From: Macrostomum lignano
Taxonomy: Eukaryota
Length of the DNA: 64,000 bases
Direction: 5' to 3'
NCBI GenBank assembly: GCA_002269645.1
Contig: NIVC01000827.1
Location: forward strand, 524,484-588,483
Shown: positions 12,811 to 24,800 of the stretch, piece by piece
Position numbering within the stretch: position 1 is the stretch's first letter
Layout: every line of letters starts with the position of its first letter
The notes under the pieces: generated by a model
Seen by the model: the letters and a program-made list of their open reading frames with translations, nothing else
What the model was told of the DNA's origin: nothing
Database searches by the model: none
Made by a program: the position numbers and the translations under genes

Positions 12811-14611
12811 CTGCAAACACTAGACTAGGCCCTATGTTCCGTTGCCTTATACTTATAGTAAAATGCATTTACGCAAAGACAAAATAACAAAAATAAAAAA
12901 TAATCAAAGTATACATTTTACATTTAAAATGTGGAAGGGCCAGATACCATTAATGCCCTCCCCCCATTTTAAAAAGTGGGAGGCCATGGCCTCACTGTCT
13001 CCCCTATTCCTATATCTATGTTTGACTTGACATAGTATAATAGGTTAAGGTTACTTGCACTGCAGTGAGTAATAGTTAGTCCCAGAGTATCATTGTATCT
13101 GTTTTGTATCTGACATTGGTGCTTAATGAATATGAGGCCTAGGGAGTTTATTTTTAAACATTACTGATAATAACTCATTAGGCCTAGCTTTAGCTACAAA
13201 ACTCAAGACTTAAGCCAAGGGGTACCACTTGTACCAGTCATTTGACTCATTTTGTCAAATGACTTAAGTTAGGAATCAGGATGCAAATTATGTTATTTTA
13301 TTTATAAAAATTGATGCTTTCAGTTTCACATTTTCCTGCCAGGGCTGCCCCGCTACTAACACCATTCCAATAGTTCTTTGCAATGTCAAATGCATGCATA
13401 GGGCCTATCATTTGACGAGTCCTTTTATACTTTTTAAGCTGTCTGAGTGGCTGGTGCATAGCAGTATAAAGCTGAAGCTACTGTACTGTACAGTACAGTA
13501 CACTGAGTCTGAGTACAGTCCGGTCCGACTGACTGGACTTCCTTCAAGTTTAAAAAAACAGAATCAAAACAGTTTGCTAGGTTTTAGCTTTTTTAATAAA
13601 TTTTATTTGTTACAGTGTAATTGTTAATAAAAAATGAAAGATAAATGTGCTTTTACGTATAAAAAGAAAGCAGAAAAAAGTATTTGTTGTATCGCCTAAT
13701 AATGTCAAATGTTTTAAATTGGACTGGCATAAAACGCATTTCTACGAAACCACGCAAGCGCATGAATTAAAAATATGTGAAATGTAAAATACTGCCAGAT
13801 TTCTCTAATCTTTTTTCTGTGCATGATCACTAAAATAAGTAAAAAATGCTGTCAAAATTTAAAAACTTCTGTTTTTAAACTTTGCCTTTTCCGTGTAATC
13901 TAAAATTACCTGGTGTTGGCCATTGGGGACAATGGTAGAGAGTAGAGAGTCGAGACTTGTCAGTGTCGGGCAAATATTATAAAATGCAGAGGCAGAGCCA
14001 ATGCGATGTAATAAACTAATCAAATTGTGACCAACCTTTTGTATTAGATTAATTTGAAATTTAAACTAAATTCTCACTTTCATCTGTACTTTTTAGCAGG
14101 TTAGGCTAGTAGTAGTAGGTCATGTAGGTCGTGTAGGCCTAGCTTTGTGTCTCTGTAAGATTTTGATGAAAATGATAAGCTAGGCTGTGGTTTTTTTAGG
14201 TTTACAATATGAGATCTGGTAGAAAGAAATCTTAAAAAAAGATTGTGTCTTTAGTCCACTGTATTTATTTATAGTAGGGCCTATTGTCAGTTTAATAGGC
14301 CTATAGCATATTACTGGAAAATTCTAGAAGCTTTAATTATTACAAATTTTATTGGGTTCAATGATTACACGTAATGTTACCATATATGAATGCAGTAGGC
14401 CTATTCACTTTTACTATACTACTGCAAATTATTTGTTAAGGCTATAGAATTGACATTAAAATTAATTATGTTCTAGAAATTTCTAAAATAATTTTTTAGC
14501 ATTACACTAAAAAATATTTTTCCTAAAGTTTCTAAAAATATCTAATATATATATACTTTCTAAATATGCATTGCACTATGTCTATACCTTTGTTGCCCCT
14601 AGTAAACATTT

Positions 14612-16219
14612 GGCAATCTTCAAGTTTCGTTCGTTAAATTATTTTTTCAATGATTTCTGAACTATCTTGCTCTGAGATTATTATTTTCGAGTTCTCCAGT
14701 GTACCCAGCCCTTTCCTAGTTGAGAAAGTAGCAGTTTTGTTAATATTATATATCTAATGTACTGTAAAGCTGGAAATATAAGATGCAAACAAGCAAAGCT
14801 AACATGTAACACTGAGTACAAACAGACAGAAATAGTAACACAGTGGGGTACAACAGGGGCAGTAGTAGCAGTCCAGTTCAGTAGCAACAGTTTAGCACAT
14901 AGAACCTAATGCTTAGACATTATAGTAATGTGCGATCCAGTATAGGATGTTCCCAAATGGATTGACAGGGTGCAGATGGCGCCATATGAACTCATCCAGG
15001 TAGGTTTCAAACAGGGCCTGTGATGTACCGTGCATTGCCCTTAGCTTGGCCTTGCAGTGTGCCCAGGTGCCCTCGATTAGGTTCGTATGTACAGTTGGGT
15101 CTAGAGGGTTCACGAAGGCCAATTGGTGGTTCACCACCACATGGTTCTGCAGTTGGCCATAAGCCTGCCAGCCATCGGTAATAATCCGTGTACCAGGAAG
15201 CACATACTGCTGGATGATTGGCAGTAGTGTGGCAGCTGTCCTGTTGGGCACAGCAACTAGGGTTGCCTTCTTGGAACCACGCTCAACCATGCCCAGCACC
15301 CATTGGCCTGGCCGATGTGCACCCTGGTGGTACTTACGATGGAAGAAGTACGACTCGTCCACTTCTAAATCCCGGCCAGCACCACCAAGCTGCATCGGAT
15401 GGTCCAATAAGTATTGGGCACAGACATCCCTGATGAAGTTCTGCCAGTCAACCGTAGACTGGGGACTGACCTGGGCTTGACGTGCGCACTCATGCTGCCT
15501 GGCATCTGTCGCCCACCAGTAGATGAGGTCTAGTAGCTGACATAGCTTGAGGTGACTCCGTTCAAAAAAGGACCCCTTTCGGATAGACACCTGCGCATGG
15601 CAGTTGGTGCAAGCCCAAGCGTAGCCGTCAGTAAAGCGGTCACCTTGATGGAGCTGCAGCCGCAGTTGAGTGGCCGGACAATTGGCACACACTTGCTGGT
15701 TAGCAATTAGATGGTATTTGGCCATCCAATTCATGGTATCCCTTGTTGTTGCCATAATCACAGCCAGTTCCCGCATTGTCAAGGTGATGTCGCACAAAGC
15801 TGCAGCTGGTTGCACTTGTGCTACTGGTACAATAAAAGTGGGTGCCGCTGGTCATCCTGCCATAGTGTATTAGTCTTATAGTGTATTAGCTGCTTGTCTA
15901 TTAACTGCTTATGATACTACTCCATGCCACTCTTAAAGCTGCGTACAGTAGCATCTTTATTCCCCATAGACGTTCTTTGCTAAAATGCCATGTCAGTGAA
16001 AGCCACGTCATCATTACGTTACCCTAATATGGGCCATAGACATTCCTTTGCCTACCAACGGCTTTACGGTACATTAGATATATAATATTAACAAAACTGC
16101 TACTTTCTCAACTAGGAAAGGGCTGGGTACACTGGAGAACTCGAAAATAATAATCTCAGAGCAAGATAGTTCAGAAATCATTGAAAAAATAATTTAATGA
16201 ACGAAACTTGAATATTGCC
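14612..16219 (-). mobile_element. Merlin-superfamily (IS1016/IS1595-related) DNA transposon, 1608 bp
   Basis: 159-bp TIRs (14612-14770 and 16061-16219) starting GGCAAT, with 3 mismatches seen. Perfect 8-bp TSD AAACATTT (14604-14611 and 16220-16227). Internal transposase ORF. Confidence 0.95.
14913..15815 (-). CDS. Merlin/ISXO2-like DDE transposase with N-terminal zinc ribbon; first in-frame ATG at 15776
   Basis: CxxC...WxCxxC ribbon, SIRKGSFF, EVDES, WVLGMVER, LPGTRIITDGWQAY, VNH, HTNLIEGTW and YLDEFIWR motifs. Confidence 0.92.
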   Translation of the reverse strand: MQPAAALCDITLTMRELAVIMATTRDTMNWMAKYHLIANQQVCANCPATQLRLQLHQGDRFTDGYAWACTNCHAQVSIRKGSFFERSHLKLCQLLDLIYWWATDARQHECARQAQVSPQSTVDWQNFIRDVCAQYLLDHPMQLGGAGRDLEVDESYFFHRKYHQGAHRPGQWVLGMVERGSKKATLVAVPNRTAATLLPIIQQYVLPGTRIITDGWQAYGQLQNHVVVNHQLAFVNPLDPTVHTNLIEGTWAHCKAKLRAMHGTSQALFETYLDEFIWRHLHPVNPFGNILYWIAHYYNV

Positions 16220-16423
16220 AAACATTTTTATATGCTTAACTATCTATTTTAACTGAGGCCTATTCTAATATTACAAAACAGGCATACAAGACATAAACAA
16301 GCAGTAAAAGTTATTTATGGAAAAACAATTTAAAAAGCACATTTTCCTTAGAATAAATTCTTTCTTTAGTTTTAAAAATCACTATATTCAAGTACATACA
16401 TGCCTAATACCTGTCTAACCTAT

Positions 16424-18934
16424 TTAAACTGAATGAGTAAAATGCGTCTGCGTTTCAGCATCTATCACCTTTGCCTTGCTGTTTGCCTTGCCCTCCTGCC
16501 TCTTAATCTTGCTGTCTACCTCACCCTCCTGCCTCTTGGTCTTGCTGTCTGCCTTGCCCTCCTGTCTCTTGGTCTTGCTGTCTGCCTCGCCCTCCTGCCT
16601 CTCGGTCTTGCTGTCTATCTCACTTTCGAAGACTGGTTCCAGCTTGCCGTCCTCGCCAACGCATAGCATACCCTCATTCAGCAACTGCACTAAAGTCGTC
16701 ACAACTTGCATGAGGTATTCCTCTTGCATTTGTTGACTCCTAGAACAATGTTCTGAAGTAGCACACTACGTTCTGGTACAGACAACATTGGATAATCCTC
16801 CGGCTTCGCTTTGATAAAAGCAAAGTTGTCTTTCAATCTGTAGCATCCAGTGTAGCCCATAAGACCTCTTGCAATTTTGTTATGCTTTAAAACTGACAGC
16901 ATGTAGAGGGTAATAAGGCACTTGATTAGGCTGAATTTCCGCTCTGAATTGTAGAGTTGCTTCAGTACATCATTCATTGACTCTGACTGATTCTGCGTGA
17001 TGCCTGACGTTTCAGAGTATAGGTCTCCTATAAGCTAGCGGCTAGCAAATCGCCATATAGTAGGCTCTAAAGTGTCGGTGAAGTGGGCCTAGAAGTCCCC
17101 ATGCCAGTTGGGCCGCCTCAGTTCCAGTTGAGTTTCAATTTCTTCCTCTGAAATGCATTTTAGAAGGGCTTTGACATTGGCCTTGATGCAGCTGTCAACA
17201 TTTCTGTTCTTGCTTAGCCATGTTGAGATGTTATTCAGCAGATGATTCCAGCACCCGAGAATTCGCACTTTTGGCAACACTGTAGCCAGTCCGTTGCACA
17301 ATGCAATTTCTCTGTCCAGCACACAGACAGTTGAAACCAACTTCAATGCTGGTAGATATTCACCAGCCACCTCCCAGAAAATTTGGTGAATATTGCTGAT
17401 CTTTTGGCCATGCACTAGGAATATCGGAGCGCAGATCAGCTGGCTCTCAAATATGGCAAGGCAAACAACAAGCGTTGACACCAGTATGCCTTTCACAGAA
17501 AATCCGGTATCATAAGATAGCATTAAACCTTCAGGCTGGTACTCTATGATGCTATTCACAAGATTAAGCAGATCTCGTTGACCAACAACAATGCCTATAC
17601 CTGGCAATGCAGTGAAATGCAGAATAAACTCTGGTATTTTATTGCACAGTGCTGCCACTAATAGGATTTGGTCATGCAGCCAACAATGGGCCGTTTCATA
17701 CTCCCTAGCATTTGAGGCCTGCTTGGGATTGCAAGGCATATAGTCTGGGTTGCCATCCTTCGAGCACCTGGCCATCAGGTGATTGTAAATGGCTGTTGGC
17801 ACCTGATCCTTCATTGCCTTCATTGCGTATAGCACTGACGGCATTGTTCAGACATATGGCTTAGCTCCATCCTCACTAAGTTGCCATGCACGAGAGGCTT
17901 CACCTGTAGCTGACGCATCACCAAAGTATTCCACCAAAGTGTACCTGTATGGGATGTTTACATTGTGAGAAATTATTCAGCGATTATCTGGTAAGCACTG
18001 GCAACCATAGATAATAAATCTATCTATTCTTTATCTGTGCTGGCAACCAAACTGTCTCAGTACAATCAGTTATCAAAAACTGAATAAAAGCAGAAAATAG
18101 CCCAACACAAGTCAACAGCTGCTTACTTTTCATCAATGCTACCATCAGGCCTGATCAAATGGTAGCCATTCCTCCAGAAGTTGACATTCTGCTCCAGCAT
18201 GTCAATAAATTGAAACTTAAATTTTCTAACCAGCTTCACATGTGCTGTCCTAAAAAGAATTTTTGACGCATTAGTTGCATTTGGTTGAGCTTTGTGCTAA
18301 ATTTAGATATGGTGCATTAAATTTATAAAATTGCTCGCTTTAAAATTCTTTAATAGATAGCATTAAAAACCTTGTAAATAGTACAAATTTTTTCCCTTGA
18401 TAAACACACACACCATGCATGTCAATAGATAGTTCCACAAAACTTTACTATTGTACATAGCACAGTTTTATTTAATATTGTACTATGCAAGCTTATATTT
18501 CCCTATTTATTATTTTTATTTTATCTTATATGGCCAAGGAATCAGAGATAAATTATTGTAGACGGCACAATTATTCTAAAATTAAAAGTATTCTTGAGTA
18601 TGGTTTGCATTTGCATTGTAGGGGCAAAATCTATGCCATATGCAAGTAATTCAATCACTGCTTACCTTGGCAGCTTGTCACCACCTGCGCATGTCCATTG
18701 ATATTCATCCACATGCCAGTCCCTCTTCTTATCCATGGATTCTGCCTCGTAAATGTAAACTAATCCACCCTCAATTGGCATTCTCTTAGGCCTATTTAAA
18801 ACCTCCACCTCGCATTCACCCTGCGCTTTTCAGGCAAGAATGTCATGCGCTTGCTGTGCAGAGAGGCCCAGTATTCTAGCCAGTGTTCCACTTGATCTTT
18901 TTGTTGTCTGGGATTCATTTCCATTTTGTTCCAT
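16424..18934 (-). pseudogene. Mutator-like (MULE) transposase pseudogene with two introns; exons 18934-18666, 18249-18127, 17944-~16424
   Basis: Phase-2 GT-AG junctions give ...DWHVDEYQW...LP|R...DE|KYTLVEYFGD...PYV*TMPSVL. Catalytic motifs SYDTGF, DREIA, CWNH and TQNQSESMN. At least four in-frame stops and one frameshift near 16700. Confidence 0.8.
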
Positions 18935-19504
18935 ACTTCTTAAAGCGAAGTGTAAAAATTTAACAGAAAAATAAATAAAATAAAAAACTAGACCATTCAA
19001 ATTGAAAAATCTGAACTACTTGCACAAACTAACAGAGTCTACAGCTGAATTAAATGCAGAAACTAACAATTTTAAGTCGCGATTGTAATGGAAAATAGCT
19101 GGCCTAGATTGCCAGTCAAGACTCAATAGCTAGAAGACCACAAAGACAGCACAAAACCTGACTAATAGTCATGTGCTCGCACCATATTGAATATTTTATT
19201 ACCTCAATTTTCATTAGCATTTAAAGACAAATTTCCTCAGAAATAAATTATAAATATTTCAAAAATACTTTCCGTGTCCAAAACCAGTCTATCCAGTCTA
19301 CTGTAACTTACACAGTGTAGAAGGAACCATATTTGTTTAAACGCGCAAACATTCAAAAAAAATCTAGGCTGGATGCAGGCTGACTCCGACCTGGCTTAAA
19401 ATAAGGGACTCTCCATCTAGAATTGTGGAAGTGTCACTCGTCGAACAAATAGTAAGAAAATAAACGTCAACACAAACATAAAAAGTAAACTTTGTTTAAT
19501 TCTA

Positions 19505-19542
19505 GCCAACGCGTTTCGTCAAACACTAGACGTCGTCAGGGC
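19505..19542 (-). ncRNA. Minimal type I hammerhead ribozyme motif
   Basis: GCC-CUGACGA-C-GUC(UAGUGUUU)GAC-GAA-ACGCGU-U-GGC. Conserved core, stem II, palindromic stem III, GUU triplet, stem I GCC/GGC. Confidence 0.72.
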
Positions 19543-19857
19543 AAATTCACTCAACCTAAGATCATACCACCAATATATTTAAGCAAAAATCACTGTACAA
19601 TCCAGAGGCGGGTCAAATCAGTCCGGTAGAATTTTTCAAGTTACTAGACGTCGTCAGGGCAAATTCACTTAACCTAAGATCATACCACCAATATATTTAA
19701 GCAAAAATCACTGTACAATCCAGAGGCGGGTCAAATCAGTCCGGTAGAATTTTTCAAGTTACAAGAAATTCTACCGGACTGATTTGACCCGCCTCTGGAT
19801 TGTACAGTGATTTTTGCTTAAATATATTGGAGGTATGATCTTAGGTTGAGTGAATTT

Positions 19858-19895
19858 GCCCTGACGACGTCTAGTGTTTGACGAAACGTGTTGGC
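19858..19895 (+). ncRNA. Minimal type I hammerhead ribozyme motif, with a C-to-T change in stem III (ACGTGT)
   Basis: Same architecture as the minus-strand copy: GCC CTGACGA C GTC TAGTGTTT GAC GAA ACGTGT T GGC. Confidence 0.65.
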
Positions 19896-20344
19896 TAGAA
19901 TTAAACAAAGTTTACTTTTTATGTTTGTGTTGACGTTTATTTTCTCCATCTAGAGTAAGTTGCAAAATCAAAAATGCAAAAAATGAAAAATTGGAAGAAA
20001 GAAAGGAGAAGAAAAAAAGAAAGGAGAGAAGAGAGAGAAATGAAAGAGGAGAAAGAAAAAAGAGAAGAAAGGAGAAAAGGGCAAGAAAAGTCATATATAA
20101 AGTGAAAATTAAGTTGCAATTGGGGGAACTAAGTTGTGATGAAGAGGAACTACGTTGCAAATCTAGACAAAACTAAGTTGCACCAGACAGGTAAAATTTT
20201 GAGGTTGGGCATTTATGTTCAAGTAAAATTGTCATAGACAAAAATGTTTACTATGAGTCTTTTTTTTTTAAAATTAACAAAATAACAACAAAATAACACT
20301 TTCATAAAAATAACAGACATTCCTTCTAAATAGAAAATATCCCC

Positions 20345-20560
20345 AAGACAGCAAGCATCTCTCCAAATAGCAAGCATCTCTCCAAATAGCAAGCATCTTG
20401 CAGATAGCAAGCATTACCCCAGATAGCAAGCATTATCCCAGATAGCAAGCATCCCCTAGATAGCAAGCATTCCCCTAGATAGCAAGCATCCCCTAGATAA
20501 CAAGTATCCCTCTAGATAGCAGACATTTTTCAGATAGCAAGCATCCCTAGATAGAAAGAA
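20345..20560. repeat. Degenerate minisatellite, ~19-20-bp unit (GATAGCAAGCATCCCCA-like)
   Basis: Tandem units visible directly. Confidence 0.85.
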
Positions 20561-20569
20561 TCCCATAGA

Positions 20570-22497
20570 CAGTGTTGGGCACTTCCGTTACCGAGTAACT
20601 TGCAAATGGTAACGCGTTACTTTTTTGTAAAGCATTCCTTACACAAGTTACTTTTTTATTTTAGTAACGGAGTAATGGTAAGTTACTCAAATTTTGGAAG
20701 TCCATTACAGTTACTTTGCAACAATCACAATATTTAAATTTAAAACTGAAATGCTTAGCTAGTACGCCGGTTGTCACAATGTTTTTGCATTTTTCATTCC
20801 TAAATCAAAATTAAGTGAATAGTATCATATGGTACTGTGCTTAATTAATGAAGAAATACTTGAAACATGTTTTACTTTGTTAATTTCAGTAAAATATTTT
20901 CGCTTTTCATTTTCGTTACTAAAAATTTTCAAGTTTGATTCAAACAAACAACCAAAGAAAGAAATTCATCTGTAGCCTCCACAAGTCCCTCCACTGGCAC
21001 TGCAGTACACTACACCATTTTATACAGTTCTATTTATTTTACTCTATTGAATTATTGATATTCGCTTTTTATTATTTATAATTTTAATTATTAATTGTGA
21101 GGTGGGGGTGGAGAAGAATTTTTTTGGTTGGCTCTCGGTTTTGAATAATTTGCTGACACCAGTGAGGTGGGGCGGATTCCTTGTTTGAATTGCTGCCGGC
21201 GTTGCTAAAGTACGAATAAAACCGGAAAACTAGTGCAGATAAATCTCAATGAATTTCTTCTCCTTTACTCCGACTGCCGGGTTCTCAAGTCCGAGGGGAG
21301 GATAGTTGTAATCGTAGCGGAGCAGTCATAGAGCGGCACGGTCATTCAGTTGTAGGAACTTCGGAGATTCTGTCTCCATAAACTGATGCATCGATGTGTT
21401 GAACTCATTACTGTCAGTAGGGTAGTTGCTGCCACCACCATAATTTATGTATTACGGAACAAATAGAGTCTCAGAGCTTTCTTTGAGTTAAGACTGATTG
21501 GCTATTTTACGCCCCACGGGCAAATGACTCAAGATAAGCTATGGCAATGTCAACACAGACAAATAGTAGTTATTGATTAACTTGTCGACGTTATTGGTTA
21601 TATTATAGGTGTTGTTAGATTATTTATATTATCAGCTTATTACTTGAGTTATTACTTGCGCACAAGGATTCTTTTAGGCGGTGACGTATAGACAATTGAC
21701 CGAGCAACAAGACAAAACAAACAGCGAGTTATGGGAGGCAGGACGAGATTAACACCAAATGAACAACTTAAACAGGAAGGGAAAACAAAAATTTAAATAA
21801 ATAAAAATTTTAGAAATTTTTTAGAAAATCATTGCGGCAGAACTGCAGTTTATATAAGAAAAATATTAAACTCAATTCAGGGACGGGGGTTGGGACGGAT
21901 AGCTGGGCTACAGGGTGAGCGAACATGTGGGCAGCCAGATAGACAAATTAAACACATAGCATTGGATAGCAAAATGGCATAGATCAACAAACGGAAAAAA
22001 TCGCTTCAATGGCAGGGCAACCCAAAGGGACAACAATGGGAAGCACAAGGGCAACGATGGGAAAGTATAATGCGGCACAACCGTTGAAAAATTAAATAAA
22101 AATTCCGGGAATTGGGCATCAATTTAAATGGAAAATTATTATTATTAACGTTTTAAGTATTAAAGTTTTGTGGCAACCCACTTGCCACAATTGCCATTGC
22201 CCATTGGTCCTTCTACTTGCCTCACATCGTGTCGCCAATTCCTGTCTCTGTCTTAATCGGTTAATTACAATGCCCAATGGCACATTTCGGTAACAAAAAT
22301 GTGAAAAAAATGTGCAATGTGAAGAAAGCAGAAAATTTTGTTAATAACATGGGTAATGGAAGTGAATAATGGACTTTAACTTAAAAGTTACCAAGTTTTT
22401 GTCTAAAGTTACTAGGCTAACTTAAGTTACTTTTTAAAAATTGGTAACTTTAGTTACAGTAATGCAAGTTACTTTTTGAGTAACTTGCCCAACACTG
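20570..22497. mobile_element. Non-autonomous hAT-type element
   Basis: 12-bp TIR CAGTGTTGGGCA, GTAAC/GTTAC subterminal repeats at both ends, and a perfect 8-bp TSD CCCATAGA (20562-20569 and 22498-22505). Confidence 0.88.
21163..22100 (-). mobile_element. Diverged Gypsy LTR fragment nested in the hAT element, related to the LTRs at 54373 and 58339
   Basis: Begins TGAGGTGGGG right after a PBS remnant (CTGACACCA). Shares GGCAAATGACTCAAGATAA and other blocks with both LTRs at 54-59 kb. Right boundary is approximate. Confidence 0.55.
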
Positions 22498-23631
22498 CCC
22501 ATAGATATATGTAGTTATAAGGTTCATTTGAATGCCTAATTTATTTTGAATAAACATAATTATTCCAAAATCCATCTATAAAAAATGAAGTTTTATTTAA
22601 TTATATTTGTCTTTTATGATTTATTGTCTTATACTAAGAACATGATTATTTTCTATATTAGAATTTTTATAAAATATATTAAAAATGTTTTATTTAAATA
22701 TATTAAATACTTATTAAGTCTTTATAGAAACTAGGGTTAGGTAAAATGCCTATTTTAAGTACTAGTGTTATACTGTAATTATAGCTATAGTTATAGGAAA
22801 ATTTGAGGCAGCACTTCTTCAAGCAAAAAAATTAAATTTTGTTAATTTTTAATATGGCTATGGAAAAATTTGGAATATAGAGATTTGACCATCTAAATAT
22901 AACAAATTGTTGCTACAGAGATGTCATGATAAAATTCGCTATAGCTATGTATTGTACAACTAAAGAGGTATAGAGGTGAAATTGTATAATAATACTACTA
23001 AGTACTATAACTAAAAATGTATAATAAATGCATAGTAATGCTCTATATGTTTAGTAGCTCATTCTGAATTCTAGCATGATTACCAGAATTTCTGTTGCTT
23101 TAAGTATTATACATTTGTTTGTGCTTTACCATTGACCACTATATAGTATAGCAAGGATTGGCAAACTAGCCTATTAGACTACAGTCTACTTAAGGTTTGT
23201 GTTTCTTTGAAGTATCATTTTCTCTAATTTCCTATCCCTTTTTTCCTCTCCTCTTCTTTCTCTTCATTTTCTTTCCCTTCTGTTCTCCCTTCTTTCTTTT
23301 CTCATCTCCTTTCTTGGACATTATTCCCTTGTCTCTCATTTCTCTTATCTCTCTTTTCTTCTCTTTTCTATCACCTCTCTTCTCTCCTCTGGCTCGCAGT
23401 TGTACACTATGTTATTTATTTGGCTAGCTTAATGTACAAAAGTTTTCTGACCCATGTTGTATAGTATAGGATATCATATACTATAATATGCTCACTCGTG
23501 TACTCGAAACTAGCTGCTCTGCTCTCACGAATTTTACAATGCTCTAGAAATCTATATAGCACCCTTGAACTATCAAGCTGCCTAGGAAATAAATATAAAT
23601 ATATAACTAAATTATAAATGAATATTGTACA

Positions 23632-24674
23632 TGTGGAACCTCTGGAATCACATTGATGTGTTCCTTATTACCAGACTTTCTCTGTAATCAAGGAACAATC
23701 ACTTCTAGCTCTTAGCTAGGCAACCCAGTAATCAATAAATGTACTGCTTACCTTGATTCAGGTGAGATCTCGTCTGTAGTCTCCTGCGTCAGTAGTTCTC
23801 TCAGTTGATCTGGTAGATCAGGCGCCTTGGTTCTTCAGTTGCTCTGGTCCTGGTTCCTCTTGTACTTCCGATGAAGTTACTTCCAGCCAGTATCTGCAGT
23901 CAGGACCAATCAGAGGCCTTGTATCAAACAATGGGATCCCTGCGCCGATCTGTGGTTTCACTTAAGCCTTCTCCTAGCAGTGCCTCGATACACTCTAGGT
24001 ATTGCTCCGGTAATCTCTAATAGATCCTCTAAGATCTATTTGGGTAGTCCTTTGGGCGACTACAACCAATGGAGTCTCAAATTGACTCAAGAGTCTCAAT
24101 AGACTCAAACACTATCACAATAGTGAGTCGACTCAACAACGGCGCAAATGAGCAAGGCTTACCACAACAACTCGACCGAGTCTCCTTAGGCTTCCTCTTC
24201 AGAGCTTCTCCTCCTTCCGGAGGTCAGTTTCTTGGTTCCGGGTTCGTTTCAGACCACTTGTATTTATAGGCAAATGGACCTCTCTCGAGGTCGTCCATCA
24301 CCTTTTTCGTAAATATCAAAGGTTCACGCTTTGGTTGCTGTCAAGCATGACAGGGAAGAAAATTGCGCAACTAGTCTACTGCAAGCGCGCATGATTAGCT
24401 GGTAGTTTTCTGTTGCATTTGATTGGTTCATCCAGGTGCAAACCGGGTGCAAGCCAGATGATGAATCGCAGGTGGGGTTTGAATTGACAATTGTAGGTCA
24501 TTCATGACTGATTGGTTACAAAAAATAGCCTGACCGACTTTTCGCTTTTCTGATTAGTTCGTTAAAATTTATATGCAATTCAATGCTTATTGCTGCATGC
24601 TATACTACTGAATAATGTGTAATTAGTATGTTAATTTTTATGGATTTTCGAGGGAGGCAGAATACTCTACAACA
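23632..24674 (-). mobile_element. Possible solo LTR
   Basis: About 1-kb GC-elevated non-coding block bounded by TG...CA, with a minus-strand TATA-like CTATAAATA. No clean TSD found. Confidence 0.3.
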
Positions 24675-24800
24675 TCTGGCAAAAAGTCTCCAGATACAGC
24701 TATGTTGCATTTTTATGAAAAAAGTCACACTGGCCACTAAACTAACACTGGTGTCCGAGTGCATTTAAGGCTGTAACCTGCCTTATCCAACACATTTCAG

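Larger units (their letters stand above)
19422..19945. mobile_element. Fold-back remnant of a Penelope-like retroelement (inverted pseudo-LTRs plus an internal 118-bp tandem duplication)
   Basis: Arms 19455-~19635 and ~19766-19945 are near-perfect reverse complements. 19526-19643 is duplicated at 19644-19761. Each arm has a minimal hammerhead motif. A 12-bp direct repeat TCTCCATCTAGA lies at 19410-19421 and 19943-19954. Confidence 0.68.

Noticed and set aside
14913-15815. Bacterial IS1595/ISXO2 insertion or contamination
   Set aside because: It is embedded in eukaryotic DNA with long TIRs and an 8-bp TSD typical of eukaryotic Merlin. No bacterial context is present.
13380-19420. Terminal inverted repeats for the MULE element
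   Set aside because: Only weak resemblance between ~13510 and ~19300-19400 was seen, not enough to call ends.
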